From: Antedon mediterranea
Taxonomy: Eukaryota > Animalia > Echinodermata
Assembly: GCF_964355755.1 (NCBI RefSeq)
Contig: NC_092671.1
Location: 13,454,001 to 13,518,000 of the forward strand
DNA: 64,000 nt
Direction of reading: 5' to 3'
The position numbers and the translations under genes are program-made. Positions within the stretch are counted from its first letter, which is position 1. Each line of letters opens with the position of its first letter. Below, piece after piece: positions 47,300-61,400 of this stretch. The notes below the pieces were generated by a model. The model was not told where the DNA came from and searched no databases. It saw only the letters and a list, made by a program, of their open reading frames with translations.

Positions 47300-48100
47300 C
47301 AGCTTGGATATGTATGCGAGTATCTGGGTACTAGCTTAGATGTATCTGAACACTGGCTTAGTTATACCTGAGCACTAGCTTATATGTATCGGAGCACTAG
47401 CTTAGATGTATCTGACCACTAGCTTAGATATGCCTGAGCACTAGCTTACATGTATTTGAGCACTAGCTTATATGTATCTGAGCATTCGCTTAGATGTATC
47501 TGACCACTAGCTTAGATATTCCTGAGCACTAGCTTACATGTATTTGAGCACTAGCTTATATGTATCTGAGCACTAGCTTAGATGTATCTGACCACTAGCT
47601 TAGATATGCCTGAGCACTAGCTTACATGTATTTGAGCACTAGCTTATATGTATCTGAGCATTCGCTTAGATGTACCTGAGCACAAGCTTAGATATTCCTG
47701 AGCACTAGCTTAGATATACCTGAGCACTAGCTTAAATGTATTTGAGCACTAGCTTAGATGTACCTGAGCACAAGCTTAGATATACCTGAGCACTAGCTTA
47801 GATGCCTGAGCACTAGCTTAGAAATACATGAGCACACTCTTAGATATACCTGAGCACAAGCTTAGATATACCTGAGCACAAGCTTAGATATACCTGAGCA
47901 CAAGCTTAGATATACTTTAGCACTCTCTTAGATATACCTGAGCACAAGCTTAGATATACCTGAGCACAAGCTTAGATATACTTTAGCACTCTCTTAGATA
48001 TACCTGAGCACAAGCTTAGATATACCTGAGCACAAGCTTAGATATATGTGAGCACAAGCTTAGATATATGTGAGCACTAACTTATGATATTCCTAAGCAT
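47300..48100. repeat. 22-bp minisatellite (GAGCACWAGCTTAGATRTAYCT)n
   Basis: About 36 units; period checked at 47830/47852/47874. Confidence 0.93.
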
Positions 48101-51100
48101 CATATTTGGGCCACCTACCTGTCACCTGGACACTGAATCTTGTAGGCTTAGGATTTATTAACAGTATATTCTTTTAGAAGTACGAAGTATTGAACTGCAC
48201 ATTAGTTGATGTTTTATGTTTATTATTGTTATTATTATTATAGTACAACTTTTATGATGCAAATGTTCATGTTCAAATACAGTTTATAATGAAGGCTACA
48301 AAACAGGGTGTAGTCAATGTTCAGTTGAATTTAAGGAACCGACCAAAACAGGGCAGGGTCAAAGTTGTATTTAGCACTACCAAAAAGCCATGAATAATGT
48401 TTAACAAATTCCGAATTTTACATACTTACCAAAACAAGATGACGTGATATACTGTATTTATTGTTTATAACGGAACAATATTTAATAAATGTGTGTTTAT
48501 ATAAGCATTTTAAATGGTTTTGTGTACAAAGAGATATTAGTCTGGTAAAATAATGCCTTTATTAATTTTTATTGTTTACATGCATCATTTCTTCCAATAG
48601 TCGTAATAGCTTTTCTGTGGTGAAGACCGAAACTGAAATTATAATGTAATTATATATAATATTGAATATTTACAGTTTTTAGGCAGAAATGTATTTTAAA
48701 ATAGTTATTAGAATGTGTGTATGACATAAAAATAACTATATTAAATGCTGTATAATATTACTGTATATAACCTTGTTATAATTAATATCGTTACCATCTG
48801 TTTACACAGTGTTCGTTGAATTCATTTCAATTCATCCGCATAGGTAATGAGTTTTCACTATAAATAATTTGCATATTGTGTCAACTTTGTTACTATATTA
48901 TTATAATACATTTTGACTTGTGTGTTTCCATTTTTACCTTATTAACTAAATCTAGTTTATACAAATTATTGATCAATGTCATGGTTGTCATGGTAACCCT
49001 GTTTAGTATCATAAATCATAAATTAGGAGGGATGTATACAGACTGTATCTGCCACAGGGTTCTATTTACTCTTGTTAACACTACTAATATTGATGTTTTG
49101 TCATTGTTCTTTCTATTTCTTTTATTCTAAATAATAATTAAGCAGTGGTCCCTATAAAAAGAACCAGTCCTTAAAGACTATATTGACCACTGACTTCCTA
49201 ATGCTTTTTCCTGAACGTCAAGTAATTTTACCAACTGGTGCATATAATCTATCTATCAGTTGAATTAATACTCTTAAACCAGTTCAAACAATTTAGAATT
49301 GTCTTGGCTAATATTGCTTAGTTCAAAATAACTTTAAACTTTAAAACACTTTATTAAACTTTATCCAAATTTTGTTTTTAAATAAAAGTAATCACTAATT
49401 GTTCTTCCCGCGATAAATTAATTGAGTTTTTATGTTTCAATTGTTTTTCTATTAAAAATAAAAACTAAAAATAGTAGGTGGTCTAAAGAATGTGTTTTGA
49501 TTTTTATAACAAACTAATTGAATACTTGGGTGTTATTTTTGTTCTTCTATAATTGTACAGAATGGTGATATAAAATAACTATAATTAGGTCATCTTTGAG
49601 TTTGGTAGTACAATTTAAAATATATTTTAGACAAAATATTGTGTATACAAATTTGCGCTTATGCTTAAGAATTAAGTTTTAACACAAATTATGTTTAGGC
49701 CAAATAAATAAAATGTTTAGTTTCACACATCCACTCCACATTGTATGGTCGCATAATTTTTTTACAATTTTGTTATTTTTATCTTTTATAAAATAGTTGT
49801 ATTCAGTAAAAAAGTAAATCTCTCAATTTTCCATAAAAAAAATGCACAGTTGCAGTTTTTAAGCATTGCCAGATTTGTAAATGGAAAGTAGGCTTTTAAA
49901 CTATCATTCTCATGTTGGTAAAATAACTACAATAGCTAATAGCTACTGTAACAGTAAAAAACAAATCAAATCCTGGATGTGAAACTAAATTTTTTTTTTA
50001 TTTGGCCTTAAATATTTTCTATAAATCTACAATCACACCTATTATTGTGATAGGATCACTTGAGGTGTGTAGGCGATCTTGAGCTATGTATCTGTCACGT
50101 TAAAACCTATACACAGTAAATTTCATCACTGCACATTTTGATACTTCAAATTCAAATGATTTCAAGAATAAACTGAAATTAGAATAAACAAAGTACCTGC
50201 TTGGTATTGGGGTATGTGTTTCACATGTGGGCACATATCTTTTAAACGGTGAAATGTACAGGGTACATTTAGTATAACAAATCCCTACCCCTGTCTCTCC
50301 ATATTTTATTCCTACCACCACGAGTAAGCTCTGAGTTAAAAATTTGACTTGTATGTGTATTATTTGAAGAGAATCCATATTTTCCTCTATAAGATAGATA
50401 TGTGCCCATGTGTTCATGATGTATTTATTTGAATACTGTAGTACTGTTTCTTTTGTCAGTCAGGTGTACTATGATTTAATATGTATCTAAATAGTAAAAA
50501 TGTCAATTTAATGTTTGTATTAGATTCACATTCTTTTTGGGTCCAATAAATGCTGTTAATTGTGAGAGATGTTTTGATTTTTCTTTGTAGTATTAAAAGA
50601 GTGTGTAAATTGTTTGAGAGAGAGAAAGAGAGTAGGCACCATGATTGGATGGTGGTGCAATAAATAGAGTATAAAACAAAATTCATTTAAGGGGACATCT
50701 TCGGGACCCAAAGAAGTGAATAGCAGCAAAGTATACAGGAAAAGAGACCGTGAATAATCATGAGATAAGTGCTCTGTAATAAAGACTATTGTTAATTAGA
50801 GTATGTCTAGCGCCACCAGGCTGTCGGAGGTAATTCGCGTTATTTCAATCAAGCCAATTGATAATACGTCAAATGCCTGAGTATAATAATCATTTATGTT
50901 TATGGGTTTTCATGTTTATATTACCTTCTTAACATTTTGAAGCGAAAAAAAGCTTATATATGATTCTGTTAAGTATTCTGAACGATGTAATATTGTATCT
51001 GCGCAACGTTTGGTTTTCAGTATCGTATTTACGGAGATTTTTGTTTGCTTATGTTTTATTTTAATTCATCAAAACCATAGAGATATTATAGTATCTCTAT

Positions 51101-52192
51101 GTCAAAACGTTAATGTTTGGGGATTATTAAATTGGCATTCGTTACTATCAAATCATAGACGTACCGTAACAAATATGTTCTTATTCTTTGAACTATAAAT
51201 CACTGGTATGGAACAGTACAATTACTTAAGTTATGCTTTCGTTAGATTGTAATTCGGATTTATGATAATCGCGTGATGGGAATGTTTACAATTATCATTT
51301 ATAAATCGGTGATACTTAATATTTATTATCAACCTTTACGTTTATAAACAGCATACGGTATAAATTGATACCATATAGGCCCAACTGAAATCAAGATTGA
51401 TCTTTGAGTAAACTGGTAGGCCTACTATGGAGTGTTAGTGAATAATAGTTAATACATGCAATAATCCAATTCCTGTAGAATTGGACGTACCTATATTTCC
51501 GAACTTTTCAATCCTTCTCTTATCAGTAGGCCGGCTATGGTATAAAATTGTTGTGCGCAATATGGTTGGCAGTACGCAAAATAAGGTTCGATCTACAGCT
51601 AGCAGGTTATGTTACATTTTGCCGTCCAACCAGAAAGACCTATACTATATACTTACTAGGCCTATTATATAACGTTATAACTTTTTGGCGCATGGGAATG
51701 TTCGATTTACAACGAGGTTGTTGCAATTCATCTCGTCCTCCTCTAATGAAACCAAGATTATTTATACAGTATTTGGACCCGATATTCGTTTTAAAATAAA
51801 TTCCATTGAACTGTGAACAAAATGAGTCAAAACTATATGAAATTAACAGTAGGTCTAGTGATAATGGAGGCGGCGTGTGTATCATGTGAGAGCAAAAATT
51901 AAACTATCTTTGGTGATGTGAGATCGGTAATACTACTATTCTATTTTTTATATAATAGGAGACAGATATTAAAAAAAGATCGTCTTCGATATGATGAATC
52001 ATGCGATTTTCTGGCGTGACCAATAGTCGTTGAGGGGGTACACCAACCAGAAGAAGCGCACACAGAGCAGCAGTAGAGTGTGTGTGTGTGGCGGAAGAGA
52101 AGTAGTAGACTGGTAGTGGGCATTCATTGTTTTGTAGAGAAGAAAGGCAAATAAATCGAGCACGTTTTGAGTACTTCAGCATACATGTCAAA

Positions 52193-52432
52193 ATGTCTAC
52201 AAATGACAAAATTGAAGAAAATTGGCCAGAAATACCAGGCTATTGGGAAGTAACACAAACAGCAATTAGGCTTGTAAAACATGAGATGAATAGAGATTCA
52301 AATGGAAACGGAATTATTTCAGAAATCGGACATTTTTGTAGTCGGACTACCACATCTGAAATATGCATTGTTTTATTGGGTGCAGTAATATTTACCATCG
52401 GTCGATTTTTAACCAGCAAATATATATTTATT
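52193..52432 (+). CDS. CERS1: CerS1-B exon 1
   Basis: caaaATG context, MSTNDK...EIPGY...KYIFI|gtaagt, 240 nt. Confidence 0.87.
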
Positions 52433-55400
52433 GTAAGTAGTATTTTTAGTGTGTGTCATTATATAACTGCTTCTTCCCCCATTGTTTTTTTAAAGCTTTA
52501 CCTGCCATTAAATGATAGGCTAGGCTAGGCCTATCTTCTAAAAGTAGGACTTACTAGCCTATGCCGCGCCAGGATAGACGATACCGGTTAGACGTGCCGA
52601 ATCCCACTACTGGCTGGGTCTAATTCATTTCATTGCTCCACAGAGCCTAGCCTAATATTAATTTATTTTATCAAACTAGTCTCTATGCTAGCGTATCCCC
52701 CTGCCATTGTTATACTTATTTCTAAATTGTCAAATATGTACTTTGTTTGTGTGTACTGTTATTTGTTAATAAAATAGCGAAAACTATTGTGTAATAAAAA
52801 AAACAATTAAAAGAAAGGCTACGAATCGATGTTGATGGCAAGGCCCAACCAAGCACTTTGATTTCATGGTAGTAATTAATTTTTATTTAAAAAAATTTTT
52901 TTATTATATTTAATATATTTTATTATTGTGTAGGCTAGTATTGGTCTACAAGGAAGCTACAAGAAAAAAAGCTGTAATCCAATCTGACCAAAATCACAAA
53001 TACACACAACACATTTCCAAGAAAGTGTAATACGAAAGTTATTATTCCACAATTTTCTTTTATGATATATTCGTAAGTTCCTCAATAAAAAGGAAAAGTG
53101 TTTTCCAACCATTGAAATTGACATTTACTGTATAGTGTTCTGGTACAAAAATTACATGAAGGAAGAATATTCCTAGTAGTAGTACAGTATACTGATAGAA
53201 GAGCCCCTTCTTTGGAGATAATTCTTCTCAAACCGGAGGAAATATTGTTTTAAACACTACCTATTAATTATTATGGGGACACTTTATTGGGTCCCGAATG
53301 TGTCCCTATGTGTTCTATAAATTGTTGCCTCCTTGTGTGTGTGTAATCATTGGTCTTTGCTTCCTAAAAAATTATTTTAATATGCAAGGCCAGTTGATTT
53401 TAAAACTAAAGAATTTAAAGAGTCATATTTTAGATTGATAGTGGTCTTTTAAATTTGTCGATCTACACAAAGAACCTCATGAGTAATACATAATATTGTA
53501 AGTAAAACATAAGGTCCTATACCAAACCACAAGTATTTACCACATAACTAGAGTTTGGTTTATAAAGGGATGTCGTTTTTTCCCTTGATAGTTCCTAAAT
53601 TAATAGAAAAACTTCCTGATGGCCAGATGTGAAATAGCTAACTATGTATGTGAGGAATTGTTGTTTCTTATTACTAGATCATAATGTTTAGGCCATGTTA
53701 AATTTATTTTCACTACTTAAACTAGCCAATACTAGTCCACACTACGAATTATACTGTAACATTTTTCATGTATCTGATTAACATTTTCAAATACATAGTG
53801 TATGTAGTTCGTGTACTGGTCCATTCCCAACCTCTCCAGTTTCCCAGTTCAAATTCTGTAGACTTTTATATCAGTACAAATGCTGACATTATTTGAGAAC
53901 TTTATTCAAGATCAGTATTACTGCATACACTTAATTATTATGCAATGTATGCCATAGATTTAATATTACTGTATCCTTGTTTGTTCATTGATCTGTTGTA
54001 CTTTAAAATAACGGTACAGTAGGTTTGTATTGAAATTGAAACCAATAATTTCCTCTATAGAAATTATATAAATAGTTTAGCATGAACAGAAACATTAGAT
54101 CGAATATCTAGACCTTTGAAATGAAGGAAGACTTTACATATATATTTATTGTATTGTTAATTTTCATTTCTTCATATTTTGATTAAAAAATAATTAAATT
54201 ACATTTGATCATTAATCATGGTTCACATAATAATGTCATCCTGACACAGTTTAAGTAACAATGTCATAGCTTAAATATTCTGTTACAGTACAATCAATAG
54301 GTACAACGTAGGCAATAATTTTATGATATTGATTAAGGTAAACATAACGCACAGATCATTTTAAGAGTTTAATTTTTATAGATCACCAGTGACTCTTCCT
54401 TGTACTTTTGTAGCCTTGTAAAATAAAAAACCAAGCCACACAACATACTGTACTACCACACATTTAACTAAACACCTTAAACTAGTCAACTATAAATATT
54501 GTTTTTACCTATTCTACAAAAAATGTATGAATTGTATAGTTTTCCATCTCAACATTTCTGTGTAGTTCTTCAGTCAACCATGATGGTTCGATAGGGTATT
54601 GACGTAAATTATTTGGAATTTAACTGGGGCCTCCTATAGAAATCTGACCTTACTAGTGAACTCACAGAAAAAGCCCAGTCATTGAATTAAATTCTTAGAG
54701 ATGTCCCCACTTTCGTAATCTTATCGTAGGATCTAATAACTTATGATCACACAAATTATTAAAGTTAGCATTTCTCTTTGTAATTTGTGTCAATTTAAAA
54801 ACTGTAAGTAATACTAATACATTACTTAAACAGCATTACTTACTGTACAAGTTTCTGCTGCTAAATAAAACAATGTTATACTATAGAAATCATTATTTGT
54901 CAAATTTCTTGTCCGTCAACTTTCAGTAGGTATCCCAATGTAAAAATTCAAATTAATGAAGGTACTTTTTCTTTCAGTTAATCAGAAGGAACTTACTGAA
55001 CATAAACTTTTGCAATTTAAATGATTGAAATCGGATTATCCATTCAAAAGTTATGGTCCGTTAAAGTGCCCAAAAAACAGTGATTTTTGCTTGAAAAATG
55101 GCACTTTTTCTAATTATATTTGAACCCATTTTTGAAGGGTTATAACTTTTATATTAATAATTTTAAAGTTCTTATTTTTTCCAAACCCATAGATACAACA
55201 GAGTTGTACAAGAATTTTTTTTTTTGGGTGTCCTCGACATTTTTTTTTTTAGATATCGCCCTCCAAAATTCGTCCGAGGGCTTTTTACGCGTGTTTTTCC
55301 CAATGTCTCAAAAATGCCCAAAAAGTTCCTGTCTTTAAATGATTCATAACTTTTGAACCAATGTGTGAATTAACTTCTTTTTTTTTGCATTGCATAAAAT

Positions 55401-58400
55401 GTAATATGTATTTTAGTAAGGTTATTTATATTGACAGGTAGGTAATTCTGAAATACAACATAAAATATTGTTAACAAATGTTAAAATGTGAAAAAAAAAA
55501 ATATTGCGTTAAAAAACTGTGTGGGTATTGTTTCTTTTCATTAAATATTATTTTACGTAAGTATACATTTTTTTAATAATTCTAGTATTTAAAGTTATAT
55601 TTATAATCATATATTATTTTAATTGATTTTCGAACCGCCAAAAATAAGAATTAAGCCCGTGCTTATTATGTGTTCGATTCCATTTGGAGCGCCGGGCCGA
55701 ACGTAGACTCGGCCGCGCCTACTACAAGTTAAGTTATATAGGCCCCTAGCTAAGGTCTAAATAAAAGCCTGACGCTAAATTCTCTGCCTAAGAAATATCG
55801 GGAAGAAATTTTTTATTTAACAAAGTCATTACCTCAATGGTATAATTGTAACATGTTTAATTTTATTTCCCTTTCGATTATTCTAACCGAAAGTTGCACT
55901 TTGAATTGAAATATACGGAATAAAATTTAGGCCTAGAAACAGCGTAGACATACAACGGCAACACAGGCCAAAGCGCGTTTCGGCCGCCTACATAGAATGG
56001 CTTACGGCCGCTGCATAGCAAAATCAAAGCTTCTTAAATTTCTTCGGTACATTTCTTCCTAACGTACTTGCTTTATATAGTAGATTTATAAATATTCCAC
56101 TTATTAAATAATTTAATAAATCGGTAAAATTGACGTTTCGAAGCAAATATTCCATGAGAGGCGACATTTTTCGACATGCCTCGTGTGCGGCGAAGACTAG
56201 TTCAGAAAATGGAACAGTCCACTGCAGGGGTTATCCAATCATTAATTAACGCGCTAATACATGCATACCATGCACATTGTCTGGGCGACGGTAATTTAGT
56301 AATAAGCGGAGAACTGAATCCCCCCCGTAAGAAAAATGGTAAACACTGATATTTATGGTAGGGATTATTTTTTTCAGTGGTTGGTCTTGTTGGCCTCTTC
56401 GCACGAGGTCCACGCAAAGTCAAATAAAACGATGTGGTTTATCAAACAGAAATATAAATTAGCTTCAATTCAATACTAAATTAGCCAAATTTTGATAATG
56501 AGAAAGACTAAAAAATTCAATTTTTATCGTTAAAATTGACATTTGAGGCGGATGTACATAATAATAATAACCGATTTACATATCAAAATAAAGAGTATTT
56601 AAAGCCTGATAACATGCAACAAAAATTACTCCACCACCTATTATGGACCTCGTGCGATCGTGTTTTGAAAATGGGTAGGTGTTTTCCAAAGTTATTTTTA
56701 GCGCGCGGATTTCGGCTCGCCGGCTTTTGTACCTCATTTTTAACTCGCGTTTTCTATTAAAATATTTAATAAACATAGATTTAAAATATATGAAAATAAT
56801 CCCTTAAACAAGATCTTTCCAGACATATAATTTTTATTCACATGTGTATATAAGAAATAGTATATTTTTAACTTCAAAGACACGTCACTTTTTGAAATTT
56901 CACGAACGTGTTAAAATCGCGGTAACGAAAATCCGCTTCATTGGGATACCTACTTTCAGTTTTCCAAGAAAAGCCAACCATTTTCATCATTATGTGTAAT
57001 AGGATGTATTACACTGTATTGTAGTTAAGTATTGAACCACGCCAACTGAACAATTTTTATGTTTTTACACTGTGTGTTTAATAACATCTCATTTAGTATG
57101 ATGGCTGTCTGCAAAATGTCTATAAAATAAAGTATGTTTTGGTCAAAGATGTCTCAATTTACTACTAGTCCATGGCATACAGGTACAACTGATACTGATA
57201 CCAACCTTCTTGCACTATTTTAATCTCTTCCTCTGTGTTCGGTTACTAACTGAGTTTGTAAAAAGAACCCTGTTCCGAGCCATGGACTATGCAAGCTCAT
57301 AGCCAGGATGTTTACAGGTGTTTATTTTCTTCAAAAGTAAAAAATAAATGTAATGGTCTAGACTTCTGTACTGTAGTTAGGTATTTTACCATAATCCTTG
57401 TCTACTGTAGTATGAAAAGGGCAGCCAAGAAAGAAAAAGGGGAAGGGGTGAGATTTTAATTAGCCGAATGGATCCACTATATATCTAGTGTGAGGGCTTA
57501 TTCTAATTTTCCCTTTAATTTTACATCCTGTCTGTCATTATTTCTTATTTAAATATAAATAATCATTCTAATTAGCGTATTCATGAGTTACTAATACTAG
57601 TAAGATTTTAATGCATAATTTCTCCAAGCTGTAATGTAAGAGTGTAAGTGTAAAAAATGTGGGTCACGATTGAAAGTTTACAACCTTGCTTCCTGTTTGG
57701 TTTGACTGTCTTACCATAATTAGAAATTAACTGTAGTGTTGTTATGATATAATATAATGTTATTAATGTAATATCTATTAAAGTACTCTTGCCTTAATCT
57801 GCCTAAAATACCTGTTGTTTTATTCAGGCTTTTCTCCTTTGAAATTCTTTTTTATTTGTTGTTAATTAGTATACTGATGTTGCTATCACACAAAAGATAA
57901 ATCATGTTTACTTTTAAGACAATGATTTTGAGTACTGTATAGACTTGAATGCAAGATAGATACAGTAGTACAGTTATAGACCAAGTGTCTCAACCTCCTT
58001 GTTATTCACACAGTAGCATTAAAGCTGGTCCCTTAAAAAACATCAAATGAGAGTTGTAATATCGCATCTTATGATTAATACATGAGACACTTGAATTATT
58101 CAATGTTCCTTTTCATGTTTTGTATTCAATCTAACGTCATAAGCTTCATTGACTCGTTCTTTGTGAATCATGCATAATTTATACGAAGATAATGATCATA
58201 GAAGTGGTGTTACGGTATTGATCCCTAACACTCTGGTATCATACTCTCAGTGTTCAGATTGATCTTGTCTCGGTTTATAACAAATTGAGCCATAATGAAG
58301 CTAAATATGACATGGCCTTCATTCTACTGTATGTTTACAATCTGCAAAATTTTAATTGAAACTATTTTTAATTCCTTTTTTTTAAAAACTATTTTAGATA

Positions 58401-61400
58401 CGTTAGATCTACTAAGAATTCAGCATTTATAGGCCCAGGTAACATGAGATAGGGGACACTTTAAATTTACTGTAATTTAATAAAAATTATAATTTAATTA
58501 AAAGGTGCACTTTTTCAAACGATATTTTTGATTAATTTCAAGATTACTTTATAATTAATTTACAGTTAAATTTAGTTGATGGGTGTATAATTTAACCACA
58601 AATAATTTATAATAAAACCAAGAACGAGTATTTATTAGGAACATAATCATGAAAAAGTTGCATTCCAAAATGCATTATGATGTTTAATTTCATATAAAAT
58701 GACACATGGATGTTAAGTAATGTTGAATAACCCATTGTCATGAAGCGGAACAACATATCAATGATATCAACATTCATAATGTTACTTATAGATTTTGTAC
58801 CAGCTTGAAATGGATTTAATAATTTATGATGCCATTTAGTATCAGTTCCTTTTATATTTGGTATTTATGGGGCTAATAATATTAATATGCATAGTAATGT
58901 AAAGAAATTGTTAATGATTCAGTAAGTGTAAATAGCACCATGGAATCACATTAGGTATGGGAGACTTCGTGCTCACTTTATGTCTAAATCGTAAAGACTT
59001 GCTTTCATGTTGGTTATTAGGACTAATTACTGTAGGATTTATTAATTATTAATAATATTGGACCTCAACTATTCATTTGTTGAGAAACATCTAAATAGTG
59101 TATAATGTTTGTATACAGTAAACCCCATTGGGTATTAAAGAGACACTTTTTGGTAAAATTAGTGCTTTTTTCTATGAAAGGATGATGTTGATATCTATTG
59201 GTACAGTAGTTCCCCATCTTTAGTAAAAGATACAGTATGAAGATGTAGATAGAACAAACAAAAAACAAGGCCAAAAACATAACCACTTTAATAAAAAGAA
59301 AAAATGTCTAAAATGGACCTGAAATGGATTTTCGATTTGTTTTGGGGGGTATTACTGTAGGTGTTGCTAGAATGTATATTGTTACAAAATATAAATTCGC
59401 CCTTTTGGGGAAAGCCCCATTTGAAAATTTAAAAAAATCGCGGGTGACGTCACTTTGTGAATATTCCAATTCCTCCATTGGACAATTTGCAGTTTTTTGG
59501 CTGTAACTCTTGAAATCTATGGAGTATTTTCTAAAAAATGCTTGTGCTTTTGCAGAAACATATTTATAATTATTTTGGGGATTTAGAACAAACAAAGTAC
59601 ATTTTAGGGCAATATATTTGAACAACATTAGACATATAATATTGAATAAATAGTATTAGTATCAAAGCTTGTCAACGCTTCGCGTATCTTTCCAGGCCGT
59701 CGATCATTCACTGACTATCGGGCGGCATACACGCTCTCGATGATCGTCGGGTTTATATGTGACGTCATGAATATAGATACTCCCAACGGCCGTTGAAATA
59801 GAATATTGCAATGGCGCGAGTAATTTTTTCCCTAACTTTACCAAGGTATCTTAAAATTTAGTTTTTTCTCAAAATGCTATACATTTTGTTTTTATTTGTA
59901 ATGGGCTTGTGTTAATTTGATACATTTAAATAACATTTGTGAATTTCTTGAAAATCCATTTCAGGTCCATTTTAAAGAAAGTTTTTAATACCTAATAATT
60001 TTAGATTGTTTAATTAGTAAAATAATTTATATATCTTTATTATCATTTTATAACAGTGTACACAATATGCATTTAACATAAATATTGCACTATACAATCA
60101 ATATCAACCCAACACTAACAATGTATTCTGTTTTGTTAACAATATTAAGTTGCATAGTGGTCCATTATTCCAATTGCAATTTACTGTATCTTCTTGTATT
60201 ATATCAAGTTATGAGAATAGGGAACAAAAGGTCTATATTTTAATATATCATTAGATAGAAATATGAACAAGTACAATAGCTTGTCTTATGCAAAAATGTA
60301 ATGATTTATGACTAAAAAATATATATTTATTAACTGGGCTGTTTTAAATCGATGCGGACATAAGACTTGTATTGTAGCTTGATAATATTCTTTAAAATTA
60401 CAATATAATCCTTGGAGAACATTAATAGTGTGTCCAGTTAACAATACTGTTTTCCAGCACTCTTCGGTCAAACTGGACCTTAGACAATTTTACGTCCGTG
60501 ATGATATTTATTTGGTTTGGCTCTTTACACAATATTTTAATAATATAATTTCGACATTGGGATTTTGTCAACCAAAGGATAGATAATTGGGATCATGGAG
60601 GATTAAAAAACTGGTGTGAGTGAATGTATTGATTTCTAACGCTAGTATTATTACATAATACTGGAAAATTACTATTTTAAACTACATTTTTTATACACTA
60701 GCGTACAAATAACAAAACAAATCATATTCTTAGTTTACTATTATTAAGTTACACATTACATGATTAATGTATTGGCTTTGTTAAGCCATGTATTAAAACT
60801 ACACTGTGACTTTTAATATTTTAATGATTGGTAGAATTTACAGTAGTCTGTGGTATCCACAGTACAATAATCTTCCAGTGCTTAGTTTAAGCATGGAGGT
60901 AATTTAATCAGTAATCCGCAGTGTAAAGTGTAATAAAATACCTTCAAACTGTCTAAAAAGTTACTATTATCATTAAATGCTATGCTTTATGGATTTAATA
61001 CCTAGAAAATCCATACTTGGTAACTATCTATTTTAGTAAGGCCTTTTTAATACAGTCTGTGCGGTTTTATATAAAATGAATAAGCACTTAAGTAAGATGC
61101 TTAAGTGCTTTGTATCAGTATTTAGCACATTTCACAATCCAGTGGGTTTCTATTCATTTTGCTATTTCTTTTCAAACTTTCGTCACTATTTTTACAGGCT
61201 TTTAAAAAATTGGAATCATATTGCAAGTCCTACATGCCTAGTCTTATGGTATGACAGGAAGAATGGTAGATTCCGCCAAAAACTTAAACTTAAGTTATAT
61301 GTGTCAATTGAAAATAACATGAATATTTTTGTTTTCAGCCGTTGGTACGAAGAGTACAGATAGCGAAGAGGGATGAATCGAAAATGCCAGAAAGTGCTTA

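Noticed and set aside
44543-52192. A GDF1/Vg1-like second cistron, as in the vertebrate bicistronic CERS1-GDF1 mRNA
   Set aside because: No ORF with a TGF-beta cysteine pattern or signal peptide downstream of copy A. The region downstream of copy B is outside the window and untested.
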